A stretch of 64,000 nucleotides of DNA from contig JAZOPT010000036.1 of the NCBI GenBank assembly GCA_045655725.1, positions 6,542 to 70,541 on the forward strand, in the 5' to 3' direction. The notes beneath the pieces are model-generated. The model ran no database searches and was not told the DNA's origin. It saw only the letters and a list, made by a program, of their open reading frames with translations. This document shows, piece after piece, positions 10,214 to 19,493 of the stretch. The position numbers and the translations under genes were made by a program. The stretch is from Candidatus Scatosoma sp. Its GTDB lineage: Bacteria; Bacillota; Clostridia; Christensenellales; Borkfalkiaceae. Within the stretch, counting starts at the first letter, position 1. The number at the start of each line of letters is the position of its first letter.

Positions 10214-12706
10214 TTATTCGCCCTCTTTCAAGGTGATATACAAATCTACGTAATTGATAAGCTCGTTTATCGTCAGCTCGCCAAGGTGCGTATAGGAGGC
10301 AAATTGAGGGTTGCTCGTTTTAATGTCGGCGGAAAGCTCGCGCTTGCGGAGGTGCTCGCCCGATTCGATAACGCCGTCCTCGCTCATTTCGTCCATGGAC
10401 GTGTTTTGCATATTATGCTCGATATTATATACCATTTCCGCCATGTCGCTGGTTACCTTATACCCGTAATGGTATATCTTGCCCGTGTCGTCTTGATAGG
10501 TGTCGGGGTCGGTCAAATCGCCCGTGTCCGTCCGCACCATATATTTCCACGTGGGGCGCAGAGCCTCATATTTCTCCGTCGCAAGCTCTCCGTAGCGGGT
10601 AATATACGCTCCCGCAGGAACGGTAACCGTGCCGCCCGTTTCGCTATCGGTATAGGTGTATGCCTCGCCTGTTAAAACGCGCTCGGTGGGGTCGGTTTTG
10701 CTTGTTTTTATCTTTTCGCCCGCAACGTTTCTAAAATGCATATCCTCGTCGAATATCTGACCGACGGTAAGCTTGTTCACTTCGTCGGTGAGCTTGGAGA
10801 TAGGAACGTCCTTTAAGTGCCGTAAAATTTTGTTGTCCTTTACGTCCAAAACGTCCGAAAGGCGCAAGCGGGAAGTGAGGTTGGTCAAAAGCTTGGTTTC
10901 GCCCGTAAGGTGCTTAAATTGCGTGCGGTCGTATTTGATTTTCGTCGTGCCCGTTTCGTCCCAAACGTAGAAGATAGGGGCTTCCGCTTCCACGGCAGGC
11001 GCGGCGTCGGTGGCAGGCGTTACCGTTACGGTAAGCGTTTTGCCTGTAATCGGCGTTAAGGCGTAGGTGGCGATTGCCGTTTCCGTTTCGCCGTTCGTTT
11101 GATACAAAGAGTACGCCGTATTGTCTTGGTTGGGCTTGGCGTTTTCAATGACTTCGCCGTATTCGTTATACACCTTTCCGTCGTAAACGGCTACCTGCTG
11201 TTGCTGCATATCCGGCTTGGTTTTGCCCGGATTTTTCTCGTCAGGAACAAGCTCGTAATGCACGCCCCGTCTGCCGTACAGCACGTACATGATAATCGAG
11301 TTGTCGTAGTTGGGCGCAATGATATTCGTAAGGTAAATATCGTCTATCATTTGCCGACTGTTACGCTTGAAATCGCCCACAGTGCGCGACGGGCCGTATT
11401 CTTTAATGCCCGTTTTGTTGCCGTCTTTATCGTAGGTAAAGTCAAAATCGATACCCTCTTCCCCAAACGCAATAGCAATGAGAATGCTATGGGAGTTGTG
11501 CGAAACGTTCAAGCCGTCCTTTAACGTAATCTCGTTGAGTACGGAAGCGGAATCGTCCTGCAACTGACCCACCGTTGTTTTGGGGAAACGAATAGCCGTT
11601 TTATATTCCTTATCGCTGAACGCGTAATAGGTGTCGTTTGGCTCGTTGTTGGGCTCTTCTTCTATATTATCGGAAAGGGGAGCTTGCGTTTCGCCGTCCG
11701 TTTCTTCGCCTTTCGTGTCGCCCTCTTTATCGTCCTCTTTATCTTTCGCCGCTTGCTTATGCAGATATTCCTTTGTGCCGTCAGGGAAAGTAAGAACGTA
11801 CGCGTCCGCGCCCACCGCCTTTGTCGCCGTGCATTCTACGGGTTCGCTCACGTCGTTTAATACGGTAATACCGTCCTCGGTTTCGGTAACCGAATAATAC
11901 TTCTGCTTCATCTGCACCGATTTCGTGCCGTCCTTGCCTGTTAAAACCTCGTAACGGTGTTCCTGACCGTACGCAAGCGCGGCGGTGGTTTTGTCGTTGA
12001 GGTTGATGTTCATAATCGCGTCCAAGGGCAGAGCGTCCATGCGCTTTTTCAGTCCGTCGCCGGCGAAATCGCCCACGGTCATCTGCGTTTTGCCCTCGCG
12101 CATTTGGATTTCGCCCTTTTCATCGATATCGTAATCCTCGCCCTCCACGCCGTAGCAGAGCGCGGTAAGAACCTTATTTCCGTTCCCGAATTTCTTGAAC
12201 ATATCTCCCGCGTTGGTGTGGTTTAAGCAGTCGCGGAAATATTTGTTGATGTCTTTCACGGGCGTTGTCAGCATTTTCCCGTCGTAATTGAGCGCGATTC
12301 CGTACGTCTCTCCCGCCTCGGTAATAAACTCGTTTAATTTCTCTTCCACGATAGGGGAGATTGCCGCAAGCTGACCAAGCGTTCCCTTGCCGTTGCCAAG
12401 TCCTTTCAGCGCGTTGCTTGCCGAGCCTACCATATCCCAAACGGTTTTGGTGGCGTATTCCTCGCTGAGATATTTTGAATAGTCCACCTTAAACGTAGTA
12501 AGTACCTCTTTCGCCGTTTTCTTCTTGGCTACGTAATAACCTACGCCCGCAATACCGCCGATACAGCCGATAAAGCCCATGACAAAACCTAGCAGCAAGG
12601 CAACCAGCCTGCCGCCAAGCCCGCCCTTTTTCTTTACGCGGGTTTGTTCGTCCTGTTCGTCTTTTTCGTTCTTTTCGTCTTGGTCGTAATAATCGTATTT
12701 GCTCAT
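10214..12706 (-). CDS. Large single-pass membrane protein with internal repeats, unknown function
   Basis: 830 aa. Acidic N-terminus, one TM helix (LVALLLGFVMGFIGCIGGIAGVGYYVA), then a large domain with recurring TVG[DQ]-x(25-35)-[AC][YF]G-x-E modules. Confidence 0.8.
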   Translation of the reverse strand: MSKYDYYDQDEKNEKDEQDEQTRVKKKGGLGGRLVALLLGFVMGFIGCIGGIAGVGYYVAKKKTAKEVLTTFKVDYSKYLSEEYATKTVWDMVGSASNALKGLGNGKGTLGQLAAISPIVEEKLNEFITEAGETYGIALNYDGKMLTTPVKDINKYFRDCLNHTNAGDMFKKFGNGNKVLTALCYGVEGEDYDIDEKGEIQMREGKTQMTVGDFAGDGLKKRMDALPLDAIMNINLNDKTTAALAYGQEHRYEVLTGKDGTKSVQMKQKYYSVTETEDGITVLNDVSEPVECTATKAVGADAYVLTFPDGTKEYLHKQAAKDKEDDKEGDTKGEETDGETQAPLSDNIEEEPNNEPNDTYYAFSDKEYKTAIRFPKTTVGQLQDDSASVLNEITLKDGLNVSHNSHSILIAIAFGEEGIDFDFTYDKDGNKTGIKEYGPSRTVGDFKRNSRQMIDDIYLTNIIAPNYDNSIIMYVLYGRRGVHYELVPDEKNPGKTKPDMQQQQVAVYDGKVYNEYGEVIENAKPNQDNTAYSLYQTNGETETAIATYALTPITGKTLTVTVTPATDAAPAVEAEAPIFYVWDETGTTKIKYDRTQFKHLTGETKLLTNLTSRLRLSDVLDVKDNKILRHLKDVPISKLTDEVNKLTVGQIFDEDMHFRNVAGEKIKTSKTDPTERVLTGEAYTYTDSETGGTVTVPAGAYITRYGELATEKYEALRPTWKYMVRTDTGDLTDPDTYQDDTGKIYHYGYKVTSDMAEMVYNIEHNMQNTSMDEMSEDGVIESGEHLRKRELSADIKTSNPQFASYTHLGELTINELINYVDLYITLKEGE

Positions 12707-12752
12707 AAAATAAGTCCTGTTTTATACAATTTATAAAAGAGAAAAGCGAGCG

Positions 12753-13289
12753 TTAGAAAAGCGGAATTTTCGCAAGGAAGGTAACGTCCGTTCTGTCCGC
12801 GGCGTCCGCTTCGGCAAGGACGAAGGCTTTCTGCACAAGAATACCGCCCGCCTTTTCTACTAGCGCCTCCAAGCCGTGCAAGGACGCGCCCGTGGAAATG
12901 ACGTCATCGACAATCGCTACTCTTTTGCCTGCAATCAGATCCACGTCGTGTTTGGACAGATACAGCTTTTGCTGCTTGCCCGTCGTGATAGACGATTCGA
13001 TATCCACTTCAATTCCGTCCTGCATATACAGCTTTTTGCTCTTCCGCGCTACGGCGTAGTACCGATGACCAAGCTCCCGCGCAACGCAATGCGCCAGCTG
13101 CAAGCCCTTGCTTTCCGCTGTGATAATTACGTCGCAGTCTTGCAAGCGAGCCGCAAGCTTTTTGCCGCAATGCTCCGTCATTTCGCTGTCGCCGTGCAGG
13201 TTGAAAAATGCGATTCCCACGCCGCCGGGCAGCGTCAAAATGGGCAGGTTTGCTTCAAATCCGTCGATATCCACCGTGTAATATTTCAT
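12753..13289 (-). CDS. Phosphoribosyltransferase-family protein (purine/adenine PRT-like)
   Basis: PRPP-binding motif VAIVDDVISTGASL. Start MKYYTVDI at 13289 is preceded by AAGGAG. The ORF-track N-terminal extension to 13655 is rejected. Confidence 0.8.
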   Translation of the reverse strand: MKYYTVDIDGFEANLPILTLPGGVGIAFFNLHGDSEMTEHCGKKLAARLQDCDVIITAESKGLQLAHCVARELGHRYYAVARKSKKLYMQDGIEVDIESSITTGKQQKLYLSKHDVDLIAGKRVAIVDDVISTGASLHGLEALVEKAGGILVQKAFVLAEADAADRTDVTFLAKIPLF

Positions 13290-13535
13290 ATCTTTTGCTC
13301 CTTGTATGCGTTTGGGGCGGTGTATAAGCCCACAAAACGCCGTTTTTATCATACTAACATTGTAACATATTTTTTCATAAAAGTAAATAGGTTGGGGAGA
13401 AATTCTTTTGTTTGGCGGGCAAATTCTTTGTCGTATCCGCGCATTTTTTGCTTTTTTGACGCCTGATAGATGAAACGGCAAGCACGGCGGTTGACTTTTT
13501 TTTCTAAACAGGCTATAATAATGGAAAGGAGAGGC

Positions 13536-14168
13536 ATGGAGAGCATGAACGAAATTACGGCGATTACACCGCAGGTAAAGGACAAAACGCGCTGCAATAT
13601 CTTTGTGGACGGCAGGTTTTATTGCGGTTTGAGCTTGGAACTTACGGTGAAGCACCGCTTAAAGGTGGGGCAAACGGTGGACGCGGAGCGGCTGGGCGAG
13701 ATACAGTTAGAGGGGGAAAAGGCGGCGGCGCTGGATAAGGCGTTGACGCATATTTCCGCTACGCGGAAAACGGAGAAAGAAATTCGGTTATTTTTAGAGA
13801 AAAAGGGATATTTGCCTGCCGTTTGCGATTATGTTTTAGAGAAGATGCGCGGGTATAATTTTGTCAACGACAGCGAATACGCGGAGGAATACGTTTCCTT
13901 TGCTTCCAAGAAAAAGGGCAGCCGACTTATCAAGTTAGAGCTTCGCGCCAAGGGCGTATCGGAATCGGAAATAGAGGGCGCGTTAAACAGCTTAGATGAG
14001 GAAGAGCAAATGCAGTCGGCGACGGCGATTTTGCAAAAATATATGCGGAATAAAACAGCCGACAGGGAAACGCTGGCAAAGGCGTTCCGTTATTTGATGG
14101 GGAAAGGATTTTCGCCCGACACGGCACGGTCGGCATTGTCCGCTTTTGGCGATATTGAGGAAGAATAG
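13536..14168 (+). CDS. recX: Recombination regulator RecX
   Basis: Three-repeat helical RecX pattern (...FLEKKGY..., ...LELRAKGVSESEIEGAL..., ...FRYLMGKGFS...). ATG at 13536 follows GGAAAGGAGAGG. Confidence 0.85.
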   Translation: MESMNEITAITPQVKDKTRCNIFVDGRFYCGLSLELTVKHRLKVGQTVDAERLGEIQLEGEKAAALDKALTHISATRKTEKEIRLFLEKKGYLPAVCDYVLEKMRGYNFVNDSEYAEEYVSFASKKKGSRLIKLELRAKGVSESEIEGALNSLDEEEQMQSATAILQKYMRNKTADRETLAKAFRYLMGKGFSPDTARSALSAFGDIEEE

Positions 14169-14217
14169 CAAGGGGCGTTTATAGATTTTTTTTGGATTGA
14201 CAGGGGGCAGGTACGCG

Positions 14218-14946
14218 ATGAATGCAAATTTTCAAGAGAATTTTCAAGGAAATTGGAAAACGGAATATTTTGACGAGCTTTCTTCGACAAGCGATTACGT
14301 AAAAGGCAAACGGCAGGAGGGAAACAACCTGATAGCGGTAGCCAAGCGGCAGTCGGGGGGCAGAGGAACGAAAGGTAGGTCGTTTTCTTCGGAAGCAGGG
14401 GGCGTATATTTATCCGCTCTTACCTTTTACGAAAACTTCCCTGCCAAGCGAGCGTTTGAAATTATGGCAAGTGCGGCGGTAGCGGTGTGCGAAACGCTGC
14501 GCTTTTACGGCGTAACGCCCGTTATCAAATGGGCGAACGACGTGCACGTAAACGGCAAAAAGATATGCGGAATCTTGATAGAAAACGTATTTTCGGGCGC
14601 AAACGTGTCCTCGTCGGTGGTGGGGATAGGCGTGAACGTAACCAACGCTCTGCCCGCCGAGCTTTCAGATATTGCCACGACGCTTGGCAAAGAAACGGGC
14701 AGGGAAATTTCCGCGGAGGAGGTAACGGCGAGGTTGATAGAACAGCTGAAAGCTCCGCATAGCATGGCAGATTACCTTTCTTACGTGGGATATATGGGCA
14801 AACGCGCCCAGCTGCTGATAGGGGAAAAACGTGTACGCGTAACGCTGATAAAGGTGGATAAAGAGGGCGGACTTATCGTTGAAAACGAGGACGGAACGCA
14901 AGTGCGGTACGTGGCGGCAGAAGTGTCGTTGCGGTTGGACGATTGA
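14218..14946 (+). CDS. birA: Biotin--[acetyl-CoA-carboxylase] ligase (group I, no HTH domain)
   Basis: GRGTKGRSF (the GRGRxGR motif) and KWANDVHVNGKKICGILIE. Confidence 0.88.
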   Translation: MNANFQENFQGNWKTEYFDELSSTSDYVKGKRQEGNNLIAVAKRQSGGRGTKGRSFSSEAGGVYLSALTFYENFPAKRAFEIMASAAVAVCETLRFYGVTPVIKWANDVHVNGKKICGILIENVFSGANVSSSVVGIGVNVTNALPAELSDIATTLGKETGREISAEEVTARLIEQLKAPHSMADYLSYVGYMGKRAQLLIGEKRVRVTLIKVDKEGGLIVENEDGTQVRYVAAEVSLRLDD

Positions 14947-14964
14947 CGGCTAAGGGAGGCAGAT

Positions 14965-16518
14965 ATGCGATTATTGACGGTGGAGCAAATGCGCGAAGCG
15001 GATAGATACACGATAGAAGAGGTGGGAATTTCCGCGTTAGAGCTTATGGAACGCGCGGGCAGAGCACTCTCTTTTCATGCGGAAGAAATGGTCGGCTTAA
15101 ACGGTAAGCGCATACGGGAAAGAGTTTTGTGCGTGTGCGGCGGCGGCAACAACGGCGGGGACGGGTTTGTGTGTGCGCGGCTCTTAAACGAACGCGGTCA
15201 GGAAGCGGACGTGGTGTTCGTAGGGGAGAAGTGTAGCGAGGAATGCGCGGTAAACAAGCAGCGTTTTGTTGCTTCGGGCGGTAAAATTTTAGAACAAATG
15301 CCCACGCGTGGGTATGCCGTGGTGGTGGACTGTCTGTTAGGTACGGGTTTTCACGGCGAGCCCAAGGTGAGTGCACAAGCCGCGATAGCGGGGATAAATT
15401 GCTTAAAGCAACAGGGAGCAAAAGTGCTTTCTGCCGATATTCCTTCGGGCGTAAACGGGAACAACGGAAGCGTGGCAGGGTGTGCCGTGCGCGCGGATAA
15501 AACGCTGTGTATCGGAGAGGTAAAGCGGGGCGTGTATTTAGGCGACGGGATTGATTATGCGGGCGAAGTACTTTGCGTGGATATCGGAATCGAGCTTCCT
15601 GCCGATAGGTACGCAACGCTGCTAACCGACAAAACGGTGGGTAGTTTATTGCCCAAGCGTAAACGCAATTCGCATAAAGGCACGTACGGCAAGGCGGCGG
15701 TAATCGCAGGGAGTGCGGCATATACGGGAGCGGCATATTTGTCTGCGGCGGCGTGCTTGCGCGGCGGCGCAGGATATACCTATTTATATCTGCCAAAAGC
15801 GCTTATCTCGGCGTTTGCATTGAAGCTTCCCGAAGCGTTGCTTATGCCCCTTTGCGAGGGGGGAAGTCTGTCGTTTGCGGGCGCGGATTTTCTTTCTGTA
15901 TGCGAAATGCAAAGCATCGGCTACGGAATGGGCATGGGAGCGAGCGAGGACGTTGCCGCGGGTGCGGAATACCTGATACGAAATTATACGGGGAAGCTGG
16001 TGCTGGACGCAGACGGAATCAATTCGCTTGCCGCTTACCGCGTTGAGTCGTTAGGCGAAATTTTTGCGAATAAAAAATGCGACGTAGTGCTTACGCCGCA
16101 CGTAAAGGAGTTCTCCCGTATCAGCGGGAAATCGGTTGCGGAAATCGTGCAAGACCCCGTTGCCGTCTCGGAGGAATTTGCTAAAAAACACGGCGTAACG
16201 GTGCTGTTAAAAAATGCGGTCAGCGTGATTACGGACGGAAAACAAACCTGTTTTAATGCCGAGGGGAACGCAGGTCAGGCGAAAGGGGGTAGCGGCGACG
16301 TGCTGTCGGGAGTGATTACTTCCCTTTGCGCTTGCGGACTTTCGGGGTATGACGCGGCGCGCATAGGGGCGTACGTTACGGGCAGAGCCGCCGTGCTTGC
16401 CGCGCAAAAGCAGGGAGAGTATTCTTTGTTGGCAAGCGACGTCATCGCATACCTGGGTAGGGCGTTTTTGTCGCTAACGGTAGCCGAAAATGCGGATACA
16501 CAGCGCGACGAGGAGTAA
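14965..16518 (+). CDS. nnr: Bifunctional NAD(P)H-hydrate repair enzyme (epimerase / ADP-dependent dehydratase)
   Basis: N-terminal YjeF_N (CGGGNNGGDG) plus a C-terminal carbohydrate-kinase-like domain (GSGDVLSG). Confidence 0.92.
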   Translation: MRLLTVEQMREADRYTIEEVGISALELMERAGRALSFHAEEMVGLNGKRIRERVLCVCGGGNNGGDGFVCARLLNERGQEADVVFVGEKCSEECAVNKQRFVASGGKILEQMPTRGYAVVVDCLLGTGFHGEPKVSAQAAIAGINCLKQQGAKVLSADIPSGVNGNNGSVAGCAVRADKTLCIGEVKRGVYLGDGIDYAGEVLCVDIGIELPADRYATLLTDKTVGSLLPKRKRNSHKGTYGKAAVIAGSAAYTGAAYLSAAACLRGGAGYTYLYLPKALISAFALKLPEALLMPLCEGGSLSFAGADFLSVCEMQSIGYGMGMGASEDVAAGAEYLIRNYTGKLVLDADGINSLAAYRVESLGEIFANKKCDVVLTPHVKEFSRISGKSVAEIVQDPVAVSEEFAKKHGVTVLLKNAVSVITDGKQTCFNAEGNAGQAKGGSGDVLSGVITSLCACGLSGYDAARIGAYVTGRAAVLAAQKQGEYSLLASDVIAYLGRAFLSLTVAENADTQRDEE

Positions 16519-17226
16519 AAACCCGCCGAAAATCAAATAATAGTAAGGGAAAGGGGTTAAGAACGCGGTAAGCAGTATCAACGCGCCGCCCGTCAAAAAA
16601 CGGCGGCTGTTCGATTTGGAAAAGCACAGGCGAAACAGCCGTTTCTTTTTGTCTTGCGGAGCAAGCTCGCCCAAATATTGCGGCGGGAACGCATCGCGCT
16701 CTTTTACCAACGCATACACGTCGTCGCCCGTTTGCAACCGAATGCCCAGCGTATGGCACAGCTTGGCGGCTTCCTCCTCTATTTTATGACAAAGCAAAAA
16801 TTTTTCCTTGTTGGTTTTGATACGCGCAAAGGTAGCCACGGCGTCGGCGGTTACGGGCGCGAAGTCGAAGCACAGGCGATAGATAGCGGAGGGAGAGGAG
16901 ACGCGCAGCTTGCCCACGCGGGTAACGCCGCCCTGTTCTTGGGCGAATACACGCAGAAAAAAGCGGGTGCGCTGCTCCTCGGAAAGCAGAGCCAAATGTA
17001 ATAAAAGTCGGCGTTTTTGTTCCTCGTCAGATTTTTTCAACCGCAGAGTTTTGCGTTTGCTTTGCAGTATCGCGGCAATCGCCAAGCCGACAAGAGCTCC
17101 GCAGACGGCAGAAAGCAGCAGGGATAAAAATAGCGTTATCCCCAAATATCGAAAAAGGCATAAAGTAAATAAAAACGCCAGACAAAAGGCAAACAGAACG
17201 TCGGAAAAGTAAGCGGATTTTTTCAT
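16474..17226 (-). CDS. Membrane protein, unknown function
   Basis: Start MKKSAYFSDVLFAF at 17226, with TM helices at both ends. The 3' end overlaps the nnr 3' end by 45 nt. The ORF-track extension to 17676 is rejected. Confidence 0.6.
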   Translation of the reverse strand: MKKSAYFSDVLFAFCLAFLFTLCLFRYLGITLFLSLLLSAVCGALVGLAIAAILQSKRKTLRLKKSDEEQKRRLLLHLALLSEEQRTRFFLRVFAQEQGGVTRVGKLRVSSPSAIYRLCFDFAPVTADAVATFARIKTNKEKFLLCHKIEEEAAKLCHTLGIRLQTGDDVYALVKERDAFPPQYLGELAPQDKKKRLFRLCFSKSNSRRFLTGGALILLTAFLTPFPYYYLIFGGFLLLVALCIRIFGYR

Positions 17227-17261
17227 ATACGGATTTTTGCCGTTTTTTATGCTTTCTAAAC

Positions 17262-17290
17262 TTGAAAAAAACGAAAATATATAGTATAAT
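17262..17290 (+). promoter_or_regulatory. Sigma-70-type promoter upstream of nadD
   Basis: TTGAAA (17262-17267), 17-nt spacer, TATAAT (17285-17290). Confidence 0.6.
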
Positions 17291-17385
17291 GTAAAAAAAG
17301 AGTAAAACGCAAGCGGCGAAAATTGCACGGCGAAAAACGAAAAATCGCCCAAAAACAGCGAAAAATTTTTAAGGAGCGGCAAAAA

Positions 17386-18537
17386 ATGCGTATAGGTATT
17401 TTCGGCGGGTCGTTCGACCCCGTCCACAAAGAACATATCGCTTTGGCACGCGAAGCGGTGCGTTCGCTTTGCTTGGACAAGCTGATTATCGTTCCTGCCG
17501 CCGCGCCGCCGCACAAGCCGGGCAAACGCCTTTCTCCCGATGAGGACAGGCTGCAAATGTGCCGTATTGCGTTTGCCCAAGTTGCTAATACAGAGGTAAG
17601 CGGCTACGAAACGGAGCGGGGCGGAACAAGCTACACCTATCTTACCTGTCGGCATTTTAAGGAACTGTATCCGCAAGCAAAGCTGTTTTGGTTGGTGGGT
17701 ACGGATATGCTGCGCGACTTTCCCACTTGGAAAAATACGCAGGATATTTTACAAAACGTAACCCTTGCCGTGTGCGCCCGAGCAGAACAAAGCGGTTGGT
17801 TGCAGCGGGAACAAACGGCGTTTTTTAGCAGGTTTGGGAAACAGTTTGCCGTGGTGGATTATCACGGCGCGGACGTATCCTCCACGCATATCCGCGTGCT
17901 TGCGGCGGCGGGAGAGGACGTTGCCTCTTACGTAGGCGAGGAAGTGCAAAATTATATAAAACAGCGGGGCATGTATGCGATGAACGGCGCAAAAGCGGCG
18001 TTAGAGCTGCAAAAACCCACGCGAAAAGCGCATACCTTGCGCGTAGCGGAAACGGCGGCGAAAAAGGCAGTGGAAATGCGTCTTGACGAAAGCAAGGCTA
18101 TCCAAGCGGCACTCTTTCACGACGTGGCGAAAAATTTGCAGTTAGGCAGTCCGCTTTTGCAGGGCTTTGACTTTGATAAGATTGTCGGCGTTCCCTTGCC
18201 CGTACAACACCAATTCACGGGTGCGTACGTAGCGGAAGCTGCGTTTGGCGTAACGGATAACGAGGTGTTAAACGCCATTCGTTTTCACACCAGCGGCAAA
18301 GCGGATATGACGGAATTAGAAAAGCTTATTTTTCTTGCGGATATGGTGGAAGCGGGGCGCGATTTTTCGGGCGTGGAACGCTTGCGCGCTCTGTTTTGGC
18401 AAAAAAAGGGCGCAGGAGCTTTGGACGAATGTCTTTTGGAAGCGCTTGCGCAAACGGTAGAACACGTACGGCAAAAGGGGGAGACGGTATATCCGCTTAC
18501 CTTGCAGGCGTATGAATTTTATAAAGAAAGAAAATAA
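17386..18537 (+). CDS. nadD: Nicotinate-nucleotide adenylyltransferase fused to a YqeK-type HD phosphohydrolase
   Basis: N-terminal MRIGIFGGSFDPVHKEH (HxGH-type motif) through SSTHIR. The C-terminal half carries HTLRVAETA...LFHDVAK (HD domain). Confidence 0.9.
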   Translation: MRIGIFGGSFDPVHKEHIALAREAVRSLCLDKLIIVPAAAPPHKPGKRLSPDEDRLQMCRIAFAQVANTEVSGYETERGGTSYTYLTCRHFKELYPQAKLFWLVGTDMLRDFPTWKNTQDILQNVTLAVCARAEQSGWLQREQTAFFSRFGKQFAVVDYHGADVSSTHIRVLAAAGEDVASYVGEEVQNYIKQRGMYAMNGAKAALELQKPTRKAHTLRVAETAAKKAVEMRLDESKAIQAALFHDVAKNLQLGSPLLQGFDFDKIVGVPLPVQHQFTGAYVAEAAFGVTDNEVLNAIRFHTSGKADMTELEKLIFLADMVEAGRDFSGVERLRALFWQKKGAGALDECLLEALAQTVEHVRQKGETVYPLTLQAYEFYKERK

Positions 18538-18574
18538 AAAATAAACACGAGAAACACTGACACGGGAGGCTGTT

Positions 18575-18961
18575 ATGGAAAACGTTCAAACGACAAGCAA
18601 ACAATTAGCATTAACGGTATGCAAGGCTCTTGCGGACAAGCGGGGCAAGGATATCATTGCGCTGTACGTGCGCGAAAAGACGGACCTTTGCGATTATTTC
18701 GTTATCGCAAGCGGGTCTAACGCGCCGCAGATTAGAGCCATGGGCGAACGGGTGGAAGAAATGGTAGAAAAGGAGCTTTCTCTCGTACCTTCGCGTACGG
18801 AGGGCGTGCGCGACGGAAGATGGGCGGTAGTAGACTACGGCGACGTCATCGTGCATATCTTCAACGATGAAACGCGGCTGTTTTATCACTTGGAACGGCT
18901 TTGGGCAGACGGCGCAAATATGCAAAAATTCAACGATAAAACGGGCGAATTTGAAGCGTAA
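18575..18961 (+). CDS. rsfS: Ribosome silencing factor RsfS
   Basis: 128 aa; DYFVIASGSNAPQIRAM and WAVVDYGDVIVHIF are typical of RsfS/iojap. Confidence 0.93.
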   Translation: MENVQTTSKQLALTVCKALADKRGKDIIALYVREKTDLCDYFVIASGSNAPQIRAMGERVEEMVEKELSLVPSRTEGVRDGRWAVVDYGDVIVHIFNDETRLFYHLERLWADGANMQKFNDKTGEFEA

Positions 18962-19040
18962 CGAGCAGCGAAGCGATGACGGAAAGCAAAAATAGCCCAC
19001 CATGTACGGGGCTATTGTGTTTAACTTGTAACATCGCGCG

Positions 19041-19460
19041 CTATTTGAAATGAATGCGCTTCGGCTCGGAAAAGGTGGTTTTGGTACGCCGCTTTTTCTC
19101 TACGATATAATATACAGGCTCTTGCGGGGCGTTCTCCGCGGGAGCTTTTTTCTCGCCGTTTTCTGCTTCCGCTTTCTTTTGCGAATTGTTTGAAGCTGAC
19201 GAGGAGGCGGAAGAGTTTGAGGTGTTGGAAGAGGTGTTGGAAGAAGCGGAGGTTTTGGCGGGAGCGTTGTCCGTTTGTCGGGTTTGCCGTTGGTATTTCC
19301 AACCGAATTTTGCCAAGCGCGCCAAGTGAATACAGAAAAAGCAAACGCCGAATAACAGCAGGACAAACGTTACGCCAAGCGCGGGCGAGACAAGGGCGGC
19401 GTTTAGCAAGGCACAAACGGCGACTTTTATCGGTGAAAGCATACAAAACAGAGTTCTCAT
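19041..19460 (-). CDS. Hypothetical small membrane protein with Ser/Asn-rich tail
   Basis: Two hydrophobic helices, then low-complexity TSASSNTSSNTSNSSASSSASNN. The start is uncertain (Met at 19460 chosen) and there is no clear SD. Confidence 0.35.
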   Translation of the reverse strand: MRTLFCMLSPIKVAVCALLNAALVSPALGVTFVLLLFGVCFFCIHLARLAKFGWKYQRQTRQTDNAPAKTSASSNTSSNTSNSSASSSASNNSQKKAEAENGEKKAPAENAPQEPVYYIVEKKRRTKTTFSEPKRIHFK

Positions 19461-19493
19461 ACGGACAGTATAAACGGAAATACCTGTCATAAA

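Noticed and set aside
13290-13655. N-terminal extensions of ORF-track ORFs (12753-13655; likewise 16474-17676, 41932-43278, 22619-23602 and 33880-34986)
   Set aside because: In each case the conserved protein begins at an internal Met with a good SD. The upstream part is Arg/Cys-rich, overlaps a neighbouring gene or promoter, and has no homology-like pattern.
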